From positions 24,676,001-24,740,000 of the forward strand of contig OX597825.1 in assembly GCA_951406725.2 (NCBI GenBank): a DNA stretch of 64,000 bases. Reading direction: 5' to 3'. Position numbers and translations under genes: made by a program. The notes under the pieces are model-generated. The model was not told the DNA's origin. It ran no database searches and saw nothing but the letters and a program-made list of their open reading frames with translations. Positions 53,314 to 64,000 of the stretch are shown in pieces. Source of the DNA: Octopus vulgaris. Its lineage: Eukaryota. How positions within the stretch are numbered: position 1 is the first letter of the stretch; every line of letters begins with the position of its first letter.

Positions 53314-53358
53314 GTACCTGAAGAGACCCAGACTGATGGGTTAAAACATATGTTGTAC
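53314..53358 (+). ncRNA. Decayed type I hammerhead motif inside the inverted repeat 53221-53393
   Basis: GTAC-CTGAAGA-GACCCA gactga TGGGTT-AAAAC-ATAT-GTT-GTAC (GAAA changed to AAAA). The opposite arm reads GGGTCAAAG. Confidence 0.65.
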
Positions 53359-53566
53359 CTAATATGAATCCATGTCTTACTATTAATTAATACAATCACC
53401 CTAACTGCCACTGCAGAGTTCCTGAAGTAGATCCAACAGAAGTGTACCATGACTGCAGATGATAACAGGTAGCCTAAACTGTACTGGTGCTTTACTCAAC
53501 ATTTAAACACACTAATCGACTTAAACTTATTAGTCCAAATTATTATTATTATTATTATTATTATTA

Positions 53567-53612
<46 letters not shown>

Positions 53613-54016
53613 TTTACTCTTTTACTCTTTACTTGTTTCAGTCATTTGACTGCAGCCATGCTGGAGCACTGCCTTTAGTCAAGCAAATCGACCCTGGGAC
53701 TTATTCTTTGTAAGCCCAGTACTTATTCTATCGGTCTCTTTTGCCGAACCGCTAAGTGACAGGGACGTAAACACACCAGCATCGGTTGTCAAGCAATGCT
53801 AGAGGGACAAACACACAGACACACAAACACATACATACATATATATACATATATACGACAGGCTTCTTTGAGTTTCCGTCTACCAAATCCACTCACAAGG
53901 CATTGGTCAGCTCGAGGCTATAGCAGAAGACACTTGCCCAAGATGCCATGCAGTGGGACTGAACCCAGAACCATGTGGTTGGTAGGCAAGCTGCTTACCA
54001 CACAGCCACTCCTGTG

Positions 54017-54115
<99 letters not shown>

Positions 54116-55657
54116 ATTATCTTTGTGTAGTTGGGTATTGTTGTAAAATCAACCATTTCCAGTGATTTTTGCGTTTTTCTCAAAATGACATTTCTGACTA
54201 TGAGTTGCCATCTTTAGGTCACGATATCTCCAAGAACTAAAGATGTAACAGGTTGAAATTTTGCATGTTTATTATTTTGATATTTGCCTAGATGCTGTTT
54301 TAGTGTGATTAGATACACTTCATTTGTTCATCTGTCAGAAACACTTGAATGCTACTACCTAGGGGTCAAAAACGCATGATCTGCTGGATATGACTATGAC
54401 AACCCCACAATGAAATCTAGGCCAACTTCATCAATCTCTTTAATTCAGCATCTAGTCTGTACCCCAATCTGTTGGCATTCCATGTCAGAGCATATAATCT
54501 TTGGTAGTTTGGTAGAAAAATTGATCTAAAATAAGGGGTTATGTTTGCTTTGTAAGTCATTTTGAATTTATAATTAGGTCATGAATAGATAATGTAGAAA
54601 TTTGAATATTAAGTTTTTGATAGAACTAACATTGTTCTTGATGTATGCCATATTTGGTTTGCCTGGGTTTTTATTTCCACTGAGTGAGAGCATCTTCAAT
54701 TTAGGAGTGTTTTCCTACGTCTGAGGTGTTAGTCTTGCTTTAATGGCAATGAAAGTAGAATCACTGAATTTGATTGTCATGAGTAATTTTGAACATGGAA
54801 CAAATCTGATCAGTGAAGATTTGACAGTGGTGCATTACAAAAGAGTGCATGTCTTTGCCTGATGAATAGAGAAGGAGAAAAGTAATACATTTCTAGGGTA
54901 AAAAAGAGTAAAGACTCCTCTTTGGCCACAAATGACCACAGGATTGTACCAAGAAAGTTCCCCTCCAAAGGCAAAGTCAACCCCGGTAGAATTTGAACTC
55001 AGAACATTGAAAACAAATAAAATGCTGCTAAGCACTTCATCTGATGTGTTAACAACTCTGCCAGCTCACTGCCTTAACAACAACAATTATCTCCATTAAC
55101 ATCATCATCATCATCATCATCATCCCCATCATAACTTTATTGACTTCACACCTTCCATTTCAGCAATTAACTTTGCACCACAGAAAAAGACAAAATCCCA
55201 ATACGTCAGTTTTTCTCTAATAGCACAACAGACTATAGGGTTTCTTGGTTCCAAACTAAGAACGTCAACAGTATACATATTACAGTGGCAGTTATGCAGA
55301 GTGTATCAGTGAAAAAGGAATAAAAAAAATATTAAAACTTGTCAGAATGCTTTTAACATAGTCACTATGATGTCGATAAAACTTGATAACTTCTGACAAA
55401 ATGTTTTGTAGCTTACTGGTGTGTAAGTTAATTTAAAAACTGGTGTGAGTTTGATAACCGTTAAGGATTTGACAATATTGACACTAATTGACTATGCAGC
55501 ATAAAAGATTTTACACTATAGCACAATGCTGTTAAGCCAACATTTTGTTATAGACTTGGGGAAATGAAGAGAGGCAGTTTAATACCAAAAGCCATGTTAG
55601 CATGTTGAGAAACTGAGATATATCTTCATATACACATGTGTACACATTGTGTGTGCA

Positions 55658-55689
<32 letters not shown>

Positions 55690-55722
55690 GATAGATAGCT
55701 ATAGTTATATATATATATATAT

Positions 55723-55771
<49 letters not shown>

Positions 55772-55776
55772 TATAT

Positions 55777-55826
<50 letters not shown>

Positions 55827-55941
55827 TGGCCTGCTCGCTTAGCCAGCGGGGTGGCGTCATTCGAAGGCTAAAACAATGCGAACGCATTGTGACCAGCTAT
55901 GTGTAACGACATCTGATGGACTGGTCGGTCACGTGATCACG

Positions 55942-55986
<45 letters not shown>

Positions 55987-56699
55987 CAATAGCCACCTAT
56001 ATTGTTATTATCTATTAATAATAATATCCTCATTACGTGTATACATATATATATATATATATGTATGTATGTATGTATATATCATCAGCAGCATTATCGT
56101 TTAATGTCTGTTTTCCATGCTGGCATAGGTTGGACGGTTTGACTGGAGTCTGGGAAGCCAGGAGGCTGCACCAGGCCCCAGTCTAATCTGGTAGTGTTTC
56201 TACAGCTGAATGCCCTTCCTAACGCCAACCACTCCAAGAGTGTAGTGGGTGCTTTTTACATACCACTGGCACAGGGGCCAGAGGAACTGGCATCGACCAC
56301 AATTGGATGGTACTTTTTACGTGCCACTGGCATGGAAGCCAGCCAAAGTGGAACTGGCATTGGCCACGTTTGGATGGTGCTTTTTACATGCTACTGGCAT
56401 GGGGCTCACAACTACAATTTCCATTTGATTTGATTTTGATATTGCTGATGTTGATGTTGATGTACTTGACTCAATAGGTTTCCTCAAGCATGGCATGTCG
56501 CCCTACGATCTAAGGTACTTTTGAGTGGCCTCTTATGCAACAGCTGTGGACTCTATGTATATTTATATATATATGTGTGTGTGTGTGCATGTGTGTGTGA
56601 GTATAAATGTGTGTGTGGCTTTCTGCAGTATATCCACATTGAGTAAGATATACAGAATGCCATGATATATATGTTTTTGTGTGTAAACTCAAAGTAACT

Positions 56700-57178
56700 T
56701 ATTTATATTATTTACATTCAACGGATATTTGTCCTCCTTTTGTTTGTTGTTAACAACAAACAAGATGAGGACAAATATCCGTCGAATGTAAATAATGTAA
56801 ATAATGTTCATAATTCCTCATCTCTAAAATATAGAACTGTATTATCTAATTGGTACAGAGCCGACATTAGACTTCAATGGAGACATATAGAGAAACTCCA
56901 TCAAAAACTAGCTCGTCTTTCAAACCATCTAACTTTCCTGTGTAGATGTAAAGACTCAAAGCTAATACCACCTGGCATGAATATAACGACACCAGTGGAT
57001 TCATATAAAGCTAGGAGAGTAGCGGAAAGGGTAGGACATGCCCTCGTCCATGAGAGGATCCATTACAACCGTTAGTGTTAACAACAAACAAGACGAGGAC
57101 AAATATCCGTCGAATGTAAATAATGTAAATAATGTAAATAATGTACATAATTCCTCATGTCTTAAATAAAGAACTGTG
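56700..57178 (+). mobile_element. Penelope-like element relic: inverted pLTR, pLTR, ORF N-terminus, pLTR
   Basis: Palindrome centred near 56751 and ~90-100-bp direct repeats starting at 56750 and 57078. Between them is RHIEKLHQKLARLSNHLTFLCRCKDSKLIPPGM, a typical PLE N-terminal motif. Confidence 0.8.
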
Positions 57179-57492
57179 TCAAAGTAACTTACTGTAACCA
57201 ATTTACTTGTATTGGAGAAAGTCTGAAGTGCTAAAGACGTTAAGTGTAAACTAGTCAAATATAGAAACCCCATGTCTACACACACACACACATGCGCACA
57301 TGTTCGTACAGGTGTGTTCAAGTGTGTGCAGGTGAGTGCAGGTGTACGTTTGTATTTAAAGAGCTGAAAATGTTGACAGCATCATTGTGCAAATTAATCC
57401 ACTTGAAGTTTTAGTGACTCAAATAACAGCTTAAATTCTCGCAAGAGGATAATTGCCATCGTTCCTGATGCTGCAGTTGAATTGTTGACATC

Positions 57493-57540
<48 letters not shown>

Positions 57541-57575
57541 CCATCATCATCACCATCATCATCATCATCATCACC

Positions 57576-57609
<34 letters not shown>

Positions 57610-57691
57610 TCATCATCACCACCACCATCATCATCATCATCACCATCACCATCATCATCATCATCATTATCATCATCATCATCATCACCAT

Positions 57692-57723
<32 letters not shown>

Positions 57724-57731
57724 TCATCACC

Positions 57732-57765
<34 letters not shown>

Positions 57766-57790
57766 TCATCATCACCATCACCATCACCAC

Positions 57791-57833
<43 letters not shown>

Positions 57834-57835
57834 TT
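57493..57835. repeat. (CAT/CAC)n microsatellite
   Basis: About 114 triplets; source of the poly-His and poly-Met ORFs. Confidence 0.98.
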
Positions 57836-58059
57836 CACCAACATTATCGTTGTTTTTGAGTAATCACACTCTTAACTAATTAAAGAGTCATTTAGTTAAT
57901 ATTGTGACCATCATTATCCTCGATTCCAGAGCTGGTACTAAAGCATTCAGCACTCAAGACTGGCCTTATAATGAACTGCCTTGTCTTCCAGTTATAAATG
58001 TTCACTGAACGAAGTTAAGAGCTGTAGCTTATAATAATAATAATATATAAAATAAATGC

Positions 58060-58305
58060 GCCCTTTTAAAGCCTAGCCAGGCTCATGGGCCCGGTTTCCC
58101 GGTTTCTATGGCGTATGTGTTCCTCAGCTGGATGGGACACCAGTCCATCGCAGCGTTACTCATTTTTGCCAGCTGAGTGGACTGGAGCAACGTGAAATAA
58201 AGTGTTTTACTCAAGAGCACAGCGCGTTGCCCGGTCCAGGAATCGAAACCACAATCTTACGATCATGATGCTGACACCCTAACCACTAAGCCACACGCCT
58301 CCACA
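58060..58305 (-). mobile_element. tRNA-derived SINE, well preserved
   Basis: GTGGAGGCGTGTGGCTTAGTGGTTAGGG..GGTTTCGATTCCTGG head and a V-like segment CTGCGATGGACTGG. Confidence 0.82.
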
Positions 58306-58449
58306 ATATAATAATATATAGTTTGTTATAAATGATGGAAGGCATGTTAGTTCAAAATAGCATTGTATATATCTTACTTAACATAGTTATACTGTAAAAA
58401 GCAACAAAACAGGATATCTACATTAAGCAAAGTATACATAAAGCGATTT

Positions 58450-59160
58450 TTAACTAAAACTACTTCTGTCACTTGTAATGAATTTTTACCCAGCTTGGCA
58501 GGATATTTGCAACACCAGTGAATTATCAATTTCTGTTTTTCTATATCAGCAAAGGTTAAATTTGTCTAAGCATGCATTTGATAATGGATACTTGCAACTG
58601 ATGATGTGCAAAGACGCAGAAATCCAGATCTAGCAATTCCACTGCTGCTGTCTGCTTCCGTCTGCTCTTGATACTCATGACTGCTACTGATACACTTATG
58701 CTTTTAAGTGCTATTCATCTTTATAAGATGCTTTTTCAAGATGAATACTACAATGTTGTGGTTTTCTACAGTATATCCATGTTAAGTAAGACATACAAAT
58801 TGCTACTCTAAACTAATACTGCTTGCTTCACTGACAATGAATTTTCACCCAATCAGCCAGCTATTTGCAACACCAGTGCTTTGTTGATCACTGTTTTTCT
58901 ATATCAGTAAAGGCTAAATTTATCTAAGCATACAGTTACTAGCAGATCCTTGCTACTGGTGATGTCCACAGACGTAGGAATCTAGATTTAGCAATTTCAG
59001 AGAATTTGGACATTTTTCGTTTGTTACTGATATACTTCTGTGTTATTTGACACAATACATCTATGCAAGATGTTTTCTTAAGGCAGATGCCACAGTTTTT
59101 TTTACTTTCTGCAGTATATCCACATTGAGTAAGATATACAGAATGCTATGATATACAGTA
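58450..59160 (+). mobile_element. Tandem dimer of 358-bp units, each with a type I HHR (retrozyme-like)
   Basis: HHRs at 58592-58636 (TTGCAA-CTGATGA-TGTG caaaga CGCA-GAAA-TCCAGA-TC-TAGCAA) and 58950-58994 (mutated core); the flanking unit sequence aligns. Confidence 0.78.
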
Positions 59161-60319
59161 TAGCACTGTATCAGTACTTCAGCTGGTGATTTTTCAATTT
59201 TCTGCGAAAACATTGTTCAAATAACTACAACATCCTTAGATGTTAGACATGGGTACTAAAGCTAAAATTAAATAGATATTTGTTCATCTTGTCAACTGGA
59301 GATGTGAGTTCAAGTCTCAAAGGCAGCCTTTGAGTTTTCTGTCCAAAAGGGTTTCCCAACCGAGTATCTACACGTTATTATTTATAGGTGACAAGCTGGT
59401 AGAATCGTTAGCATACCAGGCAAAATGCTTAGCAGTATTTTGTCTGTCTTCATGTTCTGAGTTCAAATGGCAGTGGGGTTGACTTCACTTTTTATTTTTC
59501 GGGGTCAATAAAATAAGTACCAGTTGAACAATGGAGTCAATGTAATCAGCTTACCCCCGCTCCCCAACCAAATTCAAGCCTTGTGCCTAAAGTGGAAGGG
59601 ATTATTTATATCTTTATAAAGGTGTTGAGCTGGCAGAACTGTTAGTATGCTGAACAAATTGCTTAGCAGCATTTTGTATGTCTTGACATTCTGAGTTCAA
59701 ATTCCACTGCGGTTGACTTTACCTTTCATCCTTTCAAGATCAATAAAATAAGTACCAGTTGTGCACTGGGGTCGATGTAATCAACTCGTCCCCTTCCCAG
59801 AAATTTCTGGCTTTGTGCCAATAGTAGAAAGGATTATTTATAGCTTTATGTGTACTTCAAGATCCATTATTCAAAAAAAGGTGTCTGTTATATATTTTTT
59901 TTTTTTCGGTTTCTTGTGCCCCTAGGTTTCAGCCCTCATGGCAAACCACTTATTTGTATCATTAATCTGCAGCACCGACCTTGTTCTCTTCAATGCATAA
60001 CATGTGAATAATAGACTTCAAAGTTTCAAAAAAATATTACAATTTTCTCATCCAAGGAATTTTTCAAGGAATATTTACCAGCTTACATGATTAGCTGGTC
60101 ATAGAGAAACTAATTCAGTGACTGCTACCTATAAAGACATAGTCTCCACTGCTATACTAACACCACACTGGATTCAGTGCTACTGTCCTAACCTCACCTA
60201 TTAACAGCATTACCCTGTTGTTTTTCTATGCCATGCAATGGATTCAAAGAAGACACATTGGTAAATCCAGTTTTTCAATTAATGGAAGTACTGATTTTAT
60301 TTTTCCTTTCTTCTACAAA

Positions 60320-60500
60320 GCATATTAAATGTATAATGGTTTAGCATTTTGTGATCAAAGTATATTTAATGTGCAACGGTTGGATGGTTTCTGTTCTAAT
60401 GTGTATTTAACATGCAACACTTGATTGGTTTATGGAAAATGTATATTTAGTGTGCAATGCATGAATGGTTTGTGTACAATGTATGTTTTAATATATAATG
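60320..60500. repeat. Degenerate ~40-bp minisatellite
   Basis: Recurring TATATTTAATGTGCAA..TGGTTT..AATG. Confidence 0.65.
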
Positions 60501-60628
60501 AAGTAAAATAACTATGAAGATAAAGTATTGGATTGCCAATTCATATGTACCAAGTTCCGATTCATTAATGAAGTTTTCCTTGTATATTTCGGATCAGTGC
60601 ATTTAGTACAATGTTTAATATATAACTG

Positions 60629-60860
60629 TTTCAATTTTTAGTACAACAGCAGCAATTTTAGGGGAAGGAATTTTAAGGGAAGGGACCAATTATAGTGCTT
60701 GACTTTGGTACTTTATTTTTTCAGTCCGTTGAGCTCAGTGACATTTCAATTTTTAGTACAACAGCAGCAATTTTAGGGGAAGGAATTTTAAGGGAAGGGA
60801 CCAGTTATAGTGCTTGACTTTGGTACTTTATTTTTTCAGTTCGTTGAGCTCAGTGACATT
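60629..60860. repeat. Recent 115-bp tandem duplication
   Basis: Two copies with about 2 mismatches. Confidence 0.95.
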
Positions 60861-60916
60861 TGAACCCAGAATGCAAAGAGCCAGAATACATGCCATTAAA
60901 TCACATGTCTCTACTG

Positions 60917-61124
60917 TACTAGGGAGTACTGAATAGTTCCTGGCTTTGGATAAAAGAAAATACAGGTGGACCAGTTAATTATGATGTTTTTCAACATATT
61001 CCCCTCTCAGATTCACACACTTATTGCAACGGTCCTTCTGTTTTTCTACACCCTGTAAAAGAAGACGGAAGGTTGGGCTTCCTGTGAGACCCTTAAAGCC
61101 AAGAACTTTTCAGCACCCCTTACA
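60917..61124. mobile_element. mariner MITE retaining the transposase C-terminus
   Basis: TIR consensus TACGAGGGG.TGCTGAAAAGTTCCTGGCTTT; the minus strand reads RCNKCVNLRGEYVEK. Confidence 0.8.
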
Positions 61125-61139
61125 TTTGAGTGTATGTGT

Positions 61140-61179
<40 letters not shown>

Positions 61180-61471
61180 TTTTTTGTATACATATTCTGT
61201 TGTGTCTGGGCAGAGTCACTTTCTTTTTGGGCCTTATAATGTAACACATTCACCGGTAAAATTTCCACTTATTATTTTTTTTTTTAAATAAGAAATAAGT
61301 GGAAATTTTACCAGTGAGTGTGTTATATTATATGACACAAAAAGAATACAACTCTCCCCAGACACCACAGAAGATGCTTCAACACACGAACTCATATAAA
61401 GAATCTTGCAAACCAAATCCAAAACCGAAATGTGCATACATAATTTTATTATATATATGTGTCTGTTTTAG

Positions 61472-61595
61472 AAACTATGTACACCGATTACGAGAAGAGC
61501 AGGCCATTGCCAAGAGACCTACATTTCGGAGCTGCAATGTAGCACTACGAAACTCCACTGGTTCCAGTGAATTACTCCGGAGAGAGACAGGGTCT
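61472..61595 (+). CDS. Putative exon C (juxtamembrane region)
   Basis: ctgttttag| acceptor and |gtgagt donor. 124 bp, phase 2 to phase 0, reading (R)NYVHRLREEQAIAKRPTFRSCNVALRNSTGSSELLRRETGS, in frame with exon B. Confidence 0.78.
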
Positions 61596-61839
61596 GTGAG
61601 TATATTCGTTTTATCATTTCATTAACAAGAATGGATGGCAGGTTTGGCCAGAAACACTAGAGCACAGACAGAAGTAAATATATCTCATCATGTATTTAGT
61701 TTCTTCTCTGCATGTTTTTAAGTTTGCCTTCTAGTCATAGTTCAAAAAACTGAACGCTTCTAATATGCTTCAGTATAATTAATTTCAGTTAATTACATAT
61801 TGTAATAGAAGTAGCATATTTGATTATATTGAATGCTTT

Positions 61840-62400
61840 AAAACTTATATATTTTTGTCTCAGGAGCCTTCTGGCTAATTGTGGCATTGGTGATTTTTCT
61901 ATCACTGTTGTACTATATCAGTAGCAGTCGATTTTATTTTAGCATGCAATTGCCAGTGAATACTTGCTCCTGATGAGGCCCAAAGAGGCAGAAATTTGTG
62001 TTTAGCGAGGCCACCGTAGCTGCTGGACGATTTCTGTCTGCTACTGATATTGTTCTGTTTTCTAGCATTAAATATATATACCACAGTTTATCAGGTTTTC
62101 AATGATGTATCTGCTTTAAGTATGATATCCAGAATCCTAATTTGAACTACTGTTGCTTCTGTCATTTCTAATAAATTTTTATTCAGCCTACTGGCCTGGC
62201 TAATTGCAACATCGGTGATTTTTCATCACTGTTTTACTTCATCAATGAAGATGGAGTATGTAGTTACCAGTTAGATGTTTGCTACTGATGGGACCCCAAA
62301 AGGCAAAAATACATATTTAGCAATACCATCACCACTGCTGGATGATTCTCATCTGTTGCTGATATCTTTCTGTGTTTTTTAACACTACACACCTATGAAG
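61840..62400 (+). mobile_element. Second retrozyme-like tandem pair (period 315 bp), same family as 58450-59160
   Basis: HHR motifs at 61963-62009 (CTTGCTc-CTGATGA-gGCC caaaga GGCa-GAAA-tttgtg-TT-tAGCGAG) and 62279-62323 (decayed). Confidence 0.72.
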
Positions 62401-63033
62401 GATTCTTTCTTGAGACACTTAAGAACAATCTACTTCAATCAGTTTATTATAGGATTCAAAATTCCTGGAATGGTACAGATTGCGACAGGCATCTGAGGAA
62501 GGTTGGAAAATAAAGCAGCCAAAACCTTGTGACCATAACAACTAAGACAAGAACATTAATCCAAATATATCAGTGTGTAATAATGATACAACCTCAAACC
62601 AGAAATTTAGATGAAATTTATATGGTTAAATATAAACGTGACACATTATTATTTATGAAAACAATATTATGTCATGGGTTTATCATCCATAACACAGTGT
62701 AATTTCAATAACAAACCAGAATAACTGTGACATCATTATTGTTTTTAACATCCACTTTTCCATGCCAGCATGGCTCAAATGGAATTTGTTGTGGATTTTT
62801 CTACAGCTGGATGCCCTTCATGTCACCAAACCTCAACATAATATTTCCCCATGATGAGGTTTGAAACAAAAGCCACCTCTTTCAAGGTAGTGACACTTGT
62901 TTACAGCTATCAAAAGAAGTCAAGGCATGGATGGAAGCAGTAACACATGCTAATGCATGTATATATATATATATATATAAACATATACACATATACACGT
63001 ATGTGTGTGTGAAACATATATATGTATATATAC

Positions 63034-63077
<44 letters not shown>

Positions 63078-64000
63078 TGCTAGCATGGAGAACAGACGTT
63101 AAACGATGATGATGATATATACATGTATATAGATAGATAGATTCACACATATATACACACACACAGATACAATGGTCTTCTTTCAGTTCCTGTATGCCAA
63201 ATCCTATCTCAAGGCTTTGGTTAGCATGGGGCTATAGTAGAATACACATACCCGAGGTGCCACACAATGGGACTGAACACAAACTCATGTGGTTGGAATG
63301 CAAACATTCTACCATACAGCAATGCCTGCACTTCAAAAGATTTTAATCAAATTTGGATAGTAAACTTAATTTGTCACTTAATTAACACCCCCCACCCCAC
63401 CACCACCACCAGCAGCTGCAGTGCCTTTATGAGAATTAATTCTATTACAAGCGTTGAGGGCAGATCTCCAGTTTTACAATCACTTTGTCCACCCTCTATG
63501 TCAGCTTCAGAGGCCCTTAGCCTTTAATATTTAGATTCCTCTGTCAAATGCAATGTTTATTTATTCAAATCATTTTGAAATTAATCATGCATTATTTTGT
63601 GCTTGCTTTGAGATTTCCATGGTATGACTGTTTAAGTTTAGAATGACATTGCAGGGTAGGTGTGAGAGGCTGGATCTTTCAAGTTTGAATTGGCCTAATA
63701 AGACCAATTTAAAAGCAAACAGGTAAAAAACAAATGACTAAAGGGACCACTTTCCCTTATCTGGTGAAGCAGTACCAATAAACATTTAACATTTTTGTCA
63801 AGAAATGTATTTCAAACAATCCATTACGTTTATATAGAAAATTTTCTTCATTCTGTTTTGGAGTTGTTTTGATTGTCTAATCTGTTATTAATGTCATCTT
63901 CAAAAACTGACAGCAAATATATTAATTTTACTTAAATGTATTGCATAATGATAATGTAATTAAGTTAAAACATAGAAAAATTAATTGGTATTTAAATGCA

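Noticed and set aside
57431-57859. Poly-His/poly-Met proteins and similar ORFs (952-1865, 10284-11186, 40346-40882)
   Set aside because: These are translations of microsatellites and low-complexity tracts.

Overview
AT-rich, microsatellite-saturated animal DNA. The repeat content (CORE-type and Meta-type tRNA SINEs, RTE LINEs with (ATG)n tails, Penelope-like elements, mariner/pogo/piggyBac MITEs) points to an octopus or other coleoid cephalopod genome; this is an inference. Almost all ORFs in the track are microsatellite or repeat artefacts. I can support three small + strand exons (23961-24014, 40835-40922, 61472-61595) that splice in frame into part of an unidentified single-pass membrane protein. 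I can also support a 5'-truncated RTE LINE with a PHD-type finger inside its RT, two Penelope-like (PLE) fragments, several transposase fossils, a CpG-decayed tRNA-Asp pseudogene and many SINEs. The main hidden signal is a dense population of about 15 minimal type I hammerhead-ribozyme (HHR) motifs. Four sit one-per-unit in two tandem arrays of about 315-358 bp, an architecture like non-LTR retrozymes. Many others lie in or beside long fold-back inverted repeats inserted in (TA)n tracts, and one of these fold-backs is physically tied to a PLE GIY-YIG ORF. Coordinates and alignments were read by eye; repeat boundaries are approximate.
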